A DNA stretch of 64,000 nucleotides from Blepharisma stoltei ATCC 30299 (GCA_965603825.1 CBFDEM010000017.1:62001-126000), one strand, 5' to 3'. Positions 34,986 through 48,116 are shown, counted from the stretch's first letter. A program made the numbers and translations. Notes: a model not told the origin generated them from the sequence alone.

Positions 34986-37667
34986 TTAGAATAATATATA
35001 GTCATTTAAAGAGATCTCTCCGATGAATTTTATGAGAATTTCTTCGAATTTTAATAAAAGTTCTTTTCTCCTATGAGAATGTATCAAGTTTTCTGCAAAT
35101 GTTTCTATTTCTGTAATGAAATCATGGTAATCAAATTTTAAAGTTGCCATACTATAAATCATTTTACCTAGCGAAATAAAATTTGAAATCTCTCTATTTT
35201 CGGATAAATTATAGAAAGCTTCTATTTCATTTCTTATAAAAGGCACCAATTTAAATCCATTTTCGGTCTCCATAAATGATTTCGTAAAGTCATTATTTAA
35301 ATTAATATCTGCATTTTTCAATACTTTTAAAAAATCTTTCATGAATGGCTCACATAAAAATTTCAATATCTCGTTTTCAGAATATTTTTGTTCAATTAAA
35401 TCTCTAATAAATATTTCATCATATAATGAATTATTTTTCATTTTTTCTGTTACCATTACAAGCTTACTTAGCATTTCTTGATCGTCATTTATATGGAGTA
35501 ATTTAAAAGCTAATAGAATAGTTTTATTATTTTCCTTTGAAATTTTCAATCAGGTTTGAGCTTCTTTTTCATAAGGGATAAGCTCCATATGATTAGGATT
35601 AGATAATATTATTGCTCCAACATCTTTTTTATCAGAGATAAGTGTTCCACTAATGATAATTTCTTTTTTAAAGTTGCCTCATATTTCAGGAGGACTCTTA
35701 TAAATACAGTTACTGAAAATTCTATCCATATAATTATATTTTTTTGGAAAATCAAAATTATTTTCCTGATTAAATTCTTCGGCTTCAAAACTCGATAGGT
35801 TCTCAACGCTATCAGGCCTATCTTTACCTAGGAAATTAAAAAATAGAAAATACACTGAATACATTCCAAGTCTTTCCCAATAGTTTTTATTAAGCATTTT
35901 TAAAATTAATTCATGAAAATTTTGGTCATTTTTAGAATGAAGCAATTTCAATTTTCAAATTTGAGATAAAACTAATCCCAGAGAATAAATATCAGCATAT
36001 CTTGGGTTAATAGTAATTTTTAAGTTTGGTTTTTTTTTTAAATTTTCGCGGGCTTCTGCAAGTTCAGGAGATATATAATAAGTTGTTCCTTTTAATAAAT
36101 CATCTTTTGACTGGCTGTATGCAGAATTTCACTTTAACCCAAGTATAGTTATTCCGAAATCAGCGATTTTTGGGTTTCCTGTTTTAGTAATTAATATATT
36201 ATGAGGCTTGATATCATGATGATAAACTTCCATTCTTTCTAAAATTGTAAACCCTTCAAGTATCTTCCCAATTGTATTGCAGCATTTTATTTCTGAGTAA
36301 TTTACACTATTTTCTATATCATATTGTAAAGATTTCTCGCATAGTTGCATTACTATTGAGAACGAATAAATAATTTCATTATTTATATTTATTTTTGACC
36401 AAAATGATCCATAAAATTTCAAAAATACTTTATGTTTTCCTGAAAGCATGTGCAGAATATCTCTTTCTTTTTGGAATTTATATAATAAATCACGATTTTT
36501 GCAAGAATAAGTTTTTACAGCTACTTCTTTTTGATTTGTAATGATTTTTGCTTTCCGGACCTTAACTTCCGGTGCTGAGAATTCATTTAAATGCAATATT
36601 ATACCATACCTAATTTCTTTTTGTGATGAAATTAACTTTGGATAAAATTTAAGCGGCTTGAATAGCTTAAAAATACCGAGCATTTGAAAATCCAAATATA
36701 TCTCAGGGTCATCGATTATAATTTTTGACAAGATCTTCTGAATTTTATGAAAATTTTCGTCTTTATATTTTTGGCTTGATTGTTTATATTTTTTATATTT
36801 TTTCATTGCATCATTTAGTGCTATTCTTATTTCATTTGGATAATTTCCTAAATAATTTAAAAATAGATCTCTTTCTATTTTAAATCAATTCTTATCATAT
36901 AAATCTTCATTATTTAAGTATTCGCTCAAAGGCAAATATATCTCAAAAGCGAGCTTTGCAACAATCACAGTAGTAGGCGACTGATCCATATTGCTAAATC
37001 AGCCTAAAAATTTCTCTTTTTTATATCAGCTTGATTTTTTAATTATTTCATTTTCTTTAAATATTTTTGAGAAAAATGCAAACGCTTCTTTAAGTTTTGA
37101 TCTTTTGGTCAATGGAATAGCCAGCCCAACTCATTCAAAAGCTGAAATTATCTTGAGGTTCCATTTTATATTTTTATATTTATATTTGAAATTTTTGCTA
37201 GCCAGCTCAGCTAATTCATCGTCTAATACATAAAACATCATACTTTTAAGCCGATTTATTTGGGCTAACCACTTTTGTGGGCTTTCTTCGATATCATTTT
37301 TCGTAATAACATAAACTATTCGATGAATAATTTCTCGAATTGAATCTTCTCTAATAAAATAAGGGCATTTTTTGCTGATGTTTCAAAGCTTATCAATAGA
37401 AAACTCTAGCATTTCTGAATTAAAGGGATTAGAATACAAAGATACTTGAAAACAGCAAGACTCATATAATAAAATCGTAAGAGTGCGAGTTAACTTGTCT
37501 TGAGATTCACAAGTAAATACTTCGTTTTCTAGTTCCAAAAGATCTTTCAAGTCTTTGCTGCAATTAATAGAGATGATTTTTTGGAGAAGTGGGCTATCAA
37601 TATTAGAAGCTTCTGGAATGAGCCTATCGTAAATTAATTCTGGAACATTGCTAAAGCTAAGATGCAT
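34986..37667 (-). CDS. Divergent protein kinase with long N- and C-terminal extensions, about 893 aa
   Basis: Four track ORFs lie in one frame across TGAs. VAVK, HHDIKPHN, DFG, GTTYYISPE, ADIYSLG; no Gly-rich loop. Confidence 0.82.
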
Positions 37668-38419
37668 ATCAGAATGATTAAATATGGAATTATTAGAATG
37701 ATGCTGGTAAATTTATGACATATTGAGAGATTATTTATATCTACACTTGAAAACAGACGAAAATTAGTACTTTAGAAGTCTTCGAATACTATCCTAAGAG
37801 AGAGCATATTGTCCAAAATTGCGCGATTATTTTAAAAACTGTAAACCGTTTATAGAGATAATTTGGTTTGGTGGGCAAAATACGATCTTCGAGGCTTACT
37901 CTATACAGTGCAGTTAGAATCTATCCTTAGGGCTTAAAATAACTCAAAATTAATGATATGGACAAGTCCTGAGAATCTAAAACTGAGAAATAATTTTGAT
38001 TCTGAAGTTAAAACTATCAATTAATTATTTGGCTAATAATCTAATCAGTAACAGCCTAAGGTATGCCTGATCCTTGAGCTTTAGCAAAATTAAGGGTAAG
38101 CACTTGGGGCTTCAGAGAGGAAGACCCTTATCCGGAACTGTGCAGCTAAGCAAGCACACGTGTCTCGTGGTGCTATCTGGATAGGCTTTTGAAGTTGTTG
38201 AAGCTTAAAATTGCCCCTCCAGATAAAATGGTGTCGTAGGAATATCTAAAACTTTAACTTGGGACTTAAAAGGATGCCTAAATCATCCTGCTAAAAATGA
38301 TAAAACTGGAATTTGTAATTTTTATCGTCAGCTAACATGCTATAATATCCAAAAATAAGTAATGCTGAAGGAATATATAGCTGCATTATAGCAATAAATT
38401 TCATTATAAATTCTATTAA

Positions 38420-39508
38420 ATGGATTCAGATTCTGACACTGAGCCCCAAGACTCTCCTCAAAAACCAAAATTCCCACATGCAAGAACAGGTAACGAGCCA
38501 GGACTCTACGGAGGATTTGGCTTTGATGGGCCTTCTCAAGCCTGATTAAAAGCAAATGGCTACATGCAGCCTCATTTTGAAGGAGGAAGTGGCCGCTTAG
38601 ACGAAGAAAATCCCCAAGCAAGCATCCAAGATCTTCCAAACCCTAATTTGGAAGCCGACAAAGCCAGAAGAGATGAAGAAAGACGCCAAAAAATGCTAGC
38701 AAGATTCCAATCAGGAAACCCTGCACCTCCTCAAATCATTGAAAAACCTATAAGTCCTCCCAAAAAGCAAGAACTTTCCCACGAAGAAATCATAAGAAGG
38801 CAGCATTTAGCTGAAAAACGAGAACTCGGACTTGTCATGAGCAAATTTGCATTGGAAGAGAAAAAGTCTGAATCTTTGCCTGAGGAGCCGAAACAAAGAA
38901 TAATCAGCCCTGAAGAAGAAAGGAAAAGAGAGCTGATGACTCAGTGGCTGGATTATAGGACTAATGAAGAGCCGATCAATTATAAGAGGAATGCGACTGA
39001 AATTTATTTAGAAAGGCTATTTGATACTGAAAATCTAAGCGATTTAAACGTAGTTGTTGACAGTGGAGAAAGGATTAAGGTCCACAAATCAATATTAGGT
39101 GCAAGATCTCCTATATTTAGTGCAATGTTGACTAGCTCAATGCTTGAAGCTTCTTTAAACGAAGTACAAATTAACGGATACTCATATGAAGCTGTAAAAA
39201 GCATGCTATTATATCTCTATACCGGAAAGCTAAAAACAGACAACCAGCACATAATGGAACTCCTCTACCTCGCTGGCCTCTACCGAGTCAACGGTCTCAA
39301 GTTAATCATCCAAATCGAGCTTGAAAAATGCATCGACGAAGACAACCTCGAAGCAATCTGGGACGCAGCCTCTGAAAACGAAGCCATCGAGCTCAAAGAA
39401 AAATGCGTAGAATTCTGCCTAAAACATCAAGACGATATCAGAAAAATATTCGCGCAGCTGCCAAAAGAGCTGAAATCTGAAGTAATCCGCAGGAAAAAAG
39501 CTATATAA
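38420..39508 (+). CDS. BTB/POZ domain protein, 362 aa
   Basis: SDLNVVV...IKVHKSILGARSPIFSAM...LLYLYTG. Extends to ATG 38420 across a TGA. Confidence 0.88.
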
Positions 39509-39526
39509 GGGTATGTTTTAACTTTG

Positions 39527-40798
39527 TTAATTATGGTCCCCTCACCTCTTATTAGAGAAACTAAGAAAAATAATAAGAATGGTGATATCGTCTACATTAT
39601 TCCCATGCTCGCTCCATCGATCTACAGCTTCATTTACAAGGACTTCGCAGCATTTGTCGCTTTTGCCGGCGTATCAAGTGTTCCCTACTATATTTACAGC
39701 TTCTTCACTAGAAATGAACTCCCAAATCCCGTCACTGGCGATAATGATAAACTTGTCTTCTGGGACAATTCAGTGGTCTGTGAACTCTGGGACTGAGCTG
39801 ACACCAATTCTGTGGGCAATTCGGTCACCGATTGATCTGGATACAGCAAGGCCTGGCATTCCTAGATTTTCAAGCCACACTCTTTCAGGCCCTACGTCGT
39901 GACCTTGAATGTTTCTTGGCTCAACCCTACCGTTAGCACTGATGATTCTTTCTTTTTCGTCTTCTTCGCTAGGTTTGTGGTCTCTAGACAGTTCTTTCCA
40001 CAGCCATCTCTCTTTAAAAGTCCCAATCACAGCTCTTGAATCCCCTATATTCCCACAGACTACTTTATCCCCACTAATAAAAACAGAGTTCAAGGTGCTT
40101 CCGCTGCTTTCCACATCAATTTTACTATTATCAATATTTTTAGCAAGCTCCCTTATTGAGCTTCCCAGTATTTCTTTTATCTGCCCATGATCAGGGTTTT
40201 TGACAGTAAATTTTCCATCAAAAATAATTGGGAATTTTTCCTTTATAAACCGTGACACCTCATGACCAGCTGGTCCATGCCCGTCACAGATCCCAAACAG
40301 ATACTGCCCTTTAACCCCTTTTAGCCCTGATTTAACTATAAAGGAGTCTTGGTTAAAGACTTTTGGCTTCCCCAAAGATTCTCCAGTCCTTGATTTATAA
40401 GTGCATGAAATTACATGGTTTTTTATAGCAGAATTTACTGAAATGTTTGTTTTTTGCCTCAAATATGGTTTCAGCCTGCTTGAGCTCTGGGAGGTTTTTT
40501 CTTTTTCAGGGGCTGAGTTTGCAGGCTGGTTTTTAAAAACTGGGTTGTTAATTGACAGTTTCGGCAGCTTTCGAGGCTTAAAAATACTCTGGCCCAGCTC
40601 AGGAGTGTGGATAAGCGAATCCGGCTGATACGACAAGTAAGTTTTGTTTCTAAAATCTCCTATTTGTACATTTTTCTTCTGAGCTGTCGGGGTGGAAAAG
40701 TTCTGAAGACTTCTGACCTTGTGGATATTGGAAGGGGTCGGGGTATAAGCTTCCATTCTTAAGCTACTTTTTGACTTAGGTTTGGATATTTTTGACAT
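39527..40798 (-). CDS. PP2C/PPM protein phosphatase, about 423 aa
   Basis: NQD, CDGHG, GNIGDSRAV, DHKP, LAVSRSIGD; then ASDGIWE and DDIT beyond TGA 39770. Confidence 0.93.
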
Positions 40799-40831
40799 TT
40801 TTTGCGTAATTTATAAAGAGAAATAATATAA

Positions 40832-42115
40832 ATGGAAACTATCCAAGACAGTGATGAAGAGTTCTACGATGCTGTTGAGAAATCAGCAGACATGGTCAAC
40901 GACAACTCAGCTAGGAATGCTAACTTTAATAACGATATTTCTGACACCCAGAGCATGACTTCTAACAATTCTGCATCAGCTGTGACACAAACTGAGGATT
41001 TCTTGACCCATTCTCCATGACTCCCAAAGTACAAAAAAAGGGACAAAGAATTTTGCGAGTTCCAAAATTTTCAGCTGAGCCAAGAGCTAGGCCTGACCCA
41101 AAAAAGCCAAAGCGAGTTCTGGATCATGAAATTCAGCCCTAATGGGAGATTTTTAGCGATTTCTGGAGGATGCTGCGTAACTTCAGTATATGAAATTTCA
41201 GCGTTCAGGAATGGAGACACCCAGCTTTTGCACCCTTTTCCGTTTATTATGTTCAGTGAGCATACACGAGCAGTTACCAGCATTTCTTGAGACTGTACCA
41301 GCTCTAGGCTATTATCTTCCTCATTGGACGGAACAGTTAAGTTATGATTAATCGGCTCTGAGTCTTCAATTGACACATTCCAGCACCCTTGTGGAGTAAA
41401 TGCCTGCTGCTTTCATCCTATGAATGAAAACTATTTTGTCACGGCTTGCCAAGATAGAGTTATCAGGCTTTATAAGTTGCCTGATAGGAAAATTGAAGGG
41501 TTTTACCAGACTATTGATCACATTTTTTCGTTAGCTTATTCTGCAGAGGGGCAGTTTTTGGCTGCGGGGCTAGCTAAAGGGCAGGTGATGATTTATGAGT
41601 CAAGAAGCACAGACTTGAGGCTGAGGCATAGCTATACCATTTTGTGTAGGAATAGAAGTGGCCTAAGGAGTAAAGGCAGAAAGGTGACGGCTGTAGAATT
41701 CATGGACTGTGAACACGTGCTGGTTACTACTAATGACTCTAGGATCAGGCTGTATAAATTTACAGAAAATCTTATGATGCAAAAATACAAGGGTGGCCAT
41801 TTTACGAAATTCCCTATTAAGGCCTCTTTTTCGCAGGATATTGGACATGTGATTGCGAGTACTGAAAGAGGACGAGTGATTATATGGAACACTTTTGGCT
41901 GCCTTGGGGTCAAGCGTGGGGTAAAAAACCAAAGCTATGAGTGCTTCCGGGCGAGGAAGCGAAAAGTCCCTGAGTATTCGATTTTTGCACCCACAGTCGT
42001 ACTGCTGAAGCTGAGAGAATGCCATCAATTATCAAATGATAAAAGAGACCTGAGACATATAATAATCACTATAGGGGCAAAAGATACCTTAAGAGTATTC
42101 TATAACCTTTTTTAA
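40832..42115 (+). CDS. WD40 protein, WDR44-like, about 427 aa
   Basis: FWIMKFSPNGRFLA, SSLDGTVKLW(TGA), CFHP, LVTTNDSRIRLY, KYKG, ASFSQD; N-terminal EEFYDA is FFAT-like. Confidence 0.82.
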
Positions 42116-42156
42116 TGTAATAATTAAATAATGCATATTAGCTCAATATATTATCA

Positions 42157-43344
42157 TTAGTCGTCTACTTCCCTAATTTTCTTCATATATCCGCTATCAA
42201 ACAGCACATCTTCTATTTTATACAGTTTTGCCTCAATCCCGTAGCCTAAGTTTACATTGCTGTAAGGCCTTGTAAGTGGGAAATCCTGCATGTCCACGAC
42301 GTCTCCTACAAGCTCTGACGACTCCAGCCACGACTCTTGATGCCAGATAGACTGCTCGATCACAAAAAGTGTCGGTGTGTAATTATTCAAATTTTCTCCA
42401 CAAAGCGTATAATGTGTTAGCGGTGCGTCTTCATCTTTTGGGTACTTTTTGACTAGCTCATTGACAACATCTTTCAGCACTTTATTTTTTTTGTTTCTCC
42501 AGGCTCCATCTTTGCATAAATTATCAATTTTTTTTATGATGGCGCTGATCCAGTTTTCCACCCTGATTGGCATAAAAACGTTGATTTTGCTCATGGACCG
42601 CAAATTTTCGCCGAAAATGGTGGAAAAAGGCCTTCTGTAGATTTCTCGTCAGGATATAGAGTGGTTTAGAAAATTCAAGAAGCTGGCGCTAGCACATTTC
42701 ATGGTTTCTGCTTGGTGCCTTAAAGCATCGAGCTCGTTAGCTTTGATATAAAGTGCTTTAAATTCTTTTGGGAGAGTTTCGTATTCTTTTTTGGCGTTGT
42801 GGTAGTAGTCTCGATATGGGAAAAAAGTGTTGTAGAGGCATAAGCCGAATTTATCGGCAATATAGTATATAAGTGGAGCTCTAGCTGGGGTGGGCTTAAA
42901 AAAACTATAGTTTTCTCCAGGCTTGCACATGGTCGATTTCAATAGTGTGCCTAAAGTGTTTGGGTTGTCAAGAATTATTTCTGGGATATACGTCCTAAGT
43001 CGCTTTTTCTCTTCATTAGACTTGATAGACTGCTCATTCCATGTCCTTTCCCTCAGCTTTATAAAATGATTTGCGACTGAATGGGCTTTATTTGTTCATT
43101 TCGTCTGGCGATCTGAGCTGTTTTCCCATTTTTTGCATAAAGATAAGCATTGGGTGTTAATATCTGGGGTGAGCTTTACTTTTGCGTTGGCATAGGCGTA
43201 TTTTCCATTGAGCCGAAAAACGAAGCATTTTCGCATGCCCATGTTTTTGCGGATTGCCTTGTGCCATAAATGCTTGAGCTGAGATTCAGTAGTCCACATT
43301 TCTTCGAAGTTCACAGTGAGGCCGTATGGTAGTCTTAAGGTCAT
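42157..43344 (-). CDS. Uncharacterised HMG-box-like family protein, copy A, 395 aa
   Basis: Three track ORFs join across TGA 43096 and 42649; homologous end to end with copies B and C. Confidence 0.85.
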
Positions 43345-43357
43345 TAATTATAAGGGG
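43345..43357 (-). promoter_or_regulatory. CCCCTTATAATTA motif abutting the ATG of copy A
   Basis: Identical 13-mer in front of copy B and a variant in front of copy C. Confidence 0.55.
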
Positions 43358-43404
43358 ATCTAAAATTATTCATATTTATGCTGAAAAGCTATAAATAAGG
43401 ATTT

Positions 43405-44655
43405 TTAATTCAGGGGTATTGAGGGATTATTATCTGGCTCTGGCAACTCAGTGATATTCATTATATTCGAAAGAATGAACTTATAGTCATCGACCCAAAG
43501 AGAGTATTTCGTGCAGCTCCCTTTAAGCAGAATATCTTCAATTTCATACAATTTTGCTTTAATTCCTCGCCCTAGCTTTGCACACATATAAGGAGAAGAC
43601 AGCGACATATTTGCAAAGTCTATCATTTCCATAGAGTCGTCCTCAGCCTCACATCATGATTCCAAATGCAAAATTGACTGCTCTATTATGCACAGTTCAG
43701 GGTAATTTTCAAGCACTAATTCTAAGCATACTGTATAATGCATTATCTGCTCATTTTCGTTGTTAGGATAATTTTTTATGAATTTATTGATTGCGTACTG
43801 CAGAACTTGCTCTTTTTTCATATTATGATAGCCGCATCAATTGAATTCTTTTAAGTTTACAATTAAAGCGTCAATAAGGTTCTCAATTTTTATAGAAAGA
43901 AATAAAGAAAATTTTCAGACTATGCAGTTTTCGCTTTGGGCGCTGAGAGGGCCTGTGTAGCTTTTATAGACTTCGGCGGGGGAGAGGCCGTCAGATAAGA
44001 AATTAAGGTACTTTACGTTTGAGCATTTCATGACTTCTGATTCATAGCGGAGCTTGTCTAGTTTGTAGGCTTTTCGGTAGGTCTCAATAATTTGGGGAGG
44101 CAATGCGTCAAATTCTGCTTTAACAGAATGGTAGCCGCTGAAGATTTGGTAATAAAAATCACATAGAGGTGACTTGAACTTGTCAGCAATATAAAAAATC
44201 AGTGGAACTCGAGGCCTGATCGGCTCAAATAAGCTGTATAATCTGTTATCTCGTCCTAGAATAGTCCTAAACAGCTTTCTCACAGAATTTTGGTCTTTAA
44301 GAATTGCCTCTGGGACATATAATTTAAGTTTCTTTCTGTCTTCTTTAGATGTCCAAGGCTTAAAATGGGATTTTAAATATGTGGTAACTTTTTCAGCTTT
44401 TTTTTGCCATTCTGCAACGTCGTCTCCTCCATTTTCCCATTCCCGGAAAAGCGATAAGGACTGATTATTAATATTGGGAGTAATCTCAAGCTTGGCATTA
44501 GCATAGCAAAACCTGCCATTTACTCTGAAAACGAAACACTTGGCATTGGCTGCATTTTTACGAATAGAGTGACTTCATAGGTATTTCAGCTTGGAGTCTG
44601 AGGATCATAATTTGTCAATATCAATACTCAGACCGTAAGGCAAATTGATAGGCAT
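43405..44655 (-). CDS. Uncharacterised HMG-box-like family protein, copy B, 416 aa
   Basis: MPINLPYGL start at 44655, open to TAA 43405 with TGA=Trp; TGA falls where paralogs have TGG (e.g. ESW). Confidence 0.85.
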
Positions 44656-44668
44656 TAATTATAAGGGG
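44656..44668 (-). promoter_or_regulatory. CCCCTTATAATTA motif abutting the ATG of copy B
   Basis: Identical to the motif in front of copy A. Confidence 0.55.
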
Positions 44669-45045
44669 CCTTCAATATATAATAAAATTAGGCTCTGATT
44701 ACTAGTATCTGCAGGAAGGTTTGTGATGGTAAGACGGGTAGAATATCAAAATCATATTTATCATAGAGATAAATATAATAGGCTGGATATACTCTATTGG
44801 CATTAGCTGACTAAATAATAACTGCCGACAAAACCTTCATAAGTAAATACTTTCTAAATCACCTTATTTGCATCAATTAAATTTTGATAATTGTGTAAGC
44901 CAATCCATTATTAATTATTTCCAATTAAGGATCTGTTCCTAAATCAAAAATTAATTTATGGCTTATTATAAAATTTTAAAAGCCAAGCATTTCATTAATA
45001 CTCATTTAATTTATTATAAAAGTAGAATATTTATCATTTAATTGC

Positions 45046-46200
45046 TTACCGTCCAATATCAAATAAAGCATCTTCTATTTCATACAGTTTCGCCTTAATT
45101 CCATGTCCTAAATTCACACACATATACGGCAAAAACAGTGGGTCACTAAGAAAATTGGCAGGCTCCTCAGTGTTTTCATTCGCCTCCAGCCAAGACTCCT
45201 GATGGAAAATTGATTGTTCAATTATATAAAGCACAGGCTTATTTTCATTCAAATTTTCTCCACACATTGTATAATGCACAATTGGACTTTCTGGATCTTT
45301 TGGGAATTTCGTAAGGCACTCATTAACAGCCAGCTTTAAAACTGAATTTTTTCTGTTGCCTCATCGTGCTTTCCTAAACAATTCTTCCATTTTTTTCATA
45401 AGTGCACTAATCCAGTTTTCAATTTTAATCTGCATAAAGACCGACACCTTTTTCCTCATCCTTGTGTTTTCTCCTAATCCGTTTGCTAATGGACATTTAA
45501 ATACATCTCCTAAAGAAATGACCTCTGTTAAATAATTCAAATACTGTGCATTTGAGCATTTCAGTAATTCTGCATGGTACCTAATTTTGTCTAGTCTATA
45601 AATTTCCTCATATAACTCTTTAAGCTCCTCAGGCAGATCGTCATAGTCCCCTCTATTAGGATAAGGAGAATTTTTATATTGGGCATATGCAGTGTGTATG
45701 CATAATTTATCTTTGTCAGCTAAATAAAATAAAATTGCTGGCCTTGGCTTGATGGGCTTGAACCAACTGTAATTGGGGTAGTCCATGGTGTTTATATTTT
45801 TCAGCAATTCAGAAAAAAAGTTTTGGTTGTTAATGATGGCGTCTGGGATGTATTTTCTGAGCTTTTCTTTTTCTTCTTCAAATTCTTCAGGTGTTAAGCT
45901 GTTCATTGTCTTTGCCATGTTGGTTCAGTATGAAGCTAGCAGGGAAATTCTGTTTGCCCATTTTAGCTGGCGATATGAGTCATTTGTTAATTTTTTAGAT
46001 AAAGCTAAGGCGTCCTCGTTGATGTTTGGAGTGAATTCAAGTTTTTCGTTGGCATAGGCAAATCGGCCGTTGAGTTTTAATATAAAGCATTTGTCTTTTT
46101 GCTCGTTTTTACGGATTGCGCCGTACCATCAAGTTTTCAGCTGAGATTCAGGAGTTCATAAATCTTCGAAGTTTATGACCATACCGTAAGGCAACCTCAT
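45046..46200 (-). CDS. Uncharacterised HMG-box-like family protein, copy C, 384 aa
   Basis: MRLPYGM start at 46200; KPIKPRPAILFYLADK...YDDLPEELKELYEEIYRLDKIRYHAE. Confidence 0.85.
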
Positions 46201-46287
46201 GAGATTAATTATCGGGGGCTTAAAATAAAGATTGTTTTAGAAAATAGATATTGGGCGCTTTAAAGTTAATAGAAAATTAACAAAATC

Positions 46288-47823
46288 TTATTTTTTTTTA
46301 GGATTAGGTTTTACATCTCTTTTCTTTCTCATCTTGCTTAAATTGTCACACATTTCTTTCATATTTGTAAAGTCTCCAAGTCTTAAATTATCAAGCTTTC
46401 AAACCCTTTGTTTTCTCGGGTTCAAGTCTCCATTTTTCCCTTTTATTTTTTTCTTCATTTTTTTCTCTTCTTCCTCTTTTAAAGACACTGAGTTTTCGTC
46501 AGTTCTTTCGTCCTCATCTAATTCGTCTTCATCTTCTGATTCTACAGCATCTGCTTTTGTCGCAAACATTTGCACCATTTTTGTAATAGAAACAGTTCTG
46601 TCATTTTTCATTTCAAAAGGTTCTTCAATAATTGTAAAGTTTTTCATTAGAAATTCATATTCTTTTGAGTGAATTTTATCGCGCGGGACATGATTTCTTC
46701 CACAGCAGCCTTTCTTTTTAATTGAAGTATCAAATCTGATAGCTTTTTGTTGGCAGCACTGGTAGAAACCAATATTGCTGCCATGGCTGAATTTTGGCTC
46801 CTCTGGGTGGTAGCTGCAATGTCCTAGCTCAGCTGCTACAAATTTAAGCCCACACACATTACAGTAAAAAGCTTGAAGCCGTGCCCAGATTTTCCAATAA
46901 ATTTCTCTCCATGTAAGTCCTTGGTCTTTTAAAAATAAAAAAAATTTATTAATTTCCCAATTTCTGTCAGCGACGTGCTCTGCAATGACATTTCCATGAA
47001 AATCAATGAAAATTCTGGCTTTTTCACATATCATTCATTCGTGTTGCTCATTTGTGTATAATTTATTGCAATAGACGCACCTATTCAAAATATTATTGTC
47101 GTCCTCTAGCAGCTCTTCTAATTTCTTCATAAAAAGCTTGCTGGTGAGTTTATCTTTTCTGTCCTTTACGTCATCGAGCAGTTCAGGAGTTACCATTTTT
47201 GCCAACTGTTTCAGTAAGCTTGGGTTTAGACAGCTCATGTCGATGGGCAGCTTGACTACTTCTTCAAGGTTCCTTGTGATGAATTCCAAGCATTCATTAA
47301 CCAATGACTGCATCTGTAAGAATTCTGAAGAAATCAAAATGGAAATCACTTTGCTGATTTCCAGATTCGGCTTTTCTCGCTGGATCATATATTGCATAAG
47401 CCATTCAAAAATATCTACATCGCAGTGGACGCTTATTTCTAAGTCTTCGACTGATTGGCAACTTAAGAGGTGGGATTCAAAGTATTTCATCTTTGAGATA
47501 AGGATTGATTTGGGGCATTTGAAATCTCGGTCTATTCGCTTTGCTTCGTCACGAACATGGATTGTGATTTCTTCTTCAAAAGGCTGAGAAGGAGGCTTTA
47601 TTGCGGGAGATCGAGAGGCATCAGGGACACTTGTAGGAGGAAGAGGGTTAAATGTGGGAAGATGTTGGCGTTGCGGGACAGGATTTGATGGTTTTGGGTC
47701 AGTGGATTGCTTGGTACCACGAGGCTTTGAAATGGAAGTTCCTGAGACTGTTGTAGGGGTTTGACGATTGGGCTGGGAACGAGTATAGTTTGAAGGAGGA
47801 CGGCGATAGCTTGAAAGGAACAT
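46288..47823 (-). CDS. SANBR/KIAA1841-like BTB protein, about 511 aa
   Basis: ITIHVRDEAKRIDRDFKCPKSILISKMKYF, EISVHCDVDIFEWLM, ISILISSEFLQM, WREIYWKIW; joined across TGA 47035 and 46399. Confidence 0.85.
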
Positions 47824-48059
47824 TAAATATTTACTGTTAAAGATGGAATAATTTGGTGAGAATATTAAATTTAAAGAATTGCTATGCTTTGGTTTATTAA
47901 TATCATCTTTATTTTGGCCTAAAAATAGACTCAGGATCTTATAATCAATTTTTCGTAAAATTAAATAATTATATTAGCTGAAAGATGCGATAATCTTAGA
48001 TTATAGTATCTAAAATATCCCAAATTCAAAAGCTTTCCCTATTTTATTATCTTTCACAT

Positions 48060-48116
48060 TTATACAGCTTTCCTGGTGATGGCGCATTGCGCGCCATCAC
48101 CAGGAAAGCTGTATAA
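48060..48116. repeat. Perfect inverted repeat: 26-bp arms, 5-nt spacer
   Basis: TTATACAGCTTTCCTGGTGATGGCGC-ATTGC-GCGCCATCACCAGGAAAGCTGTATAA. Confidence 0.97.
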
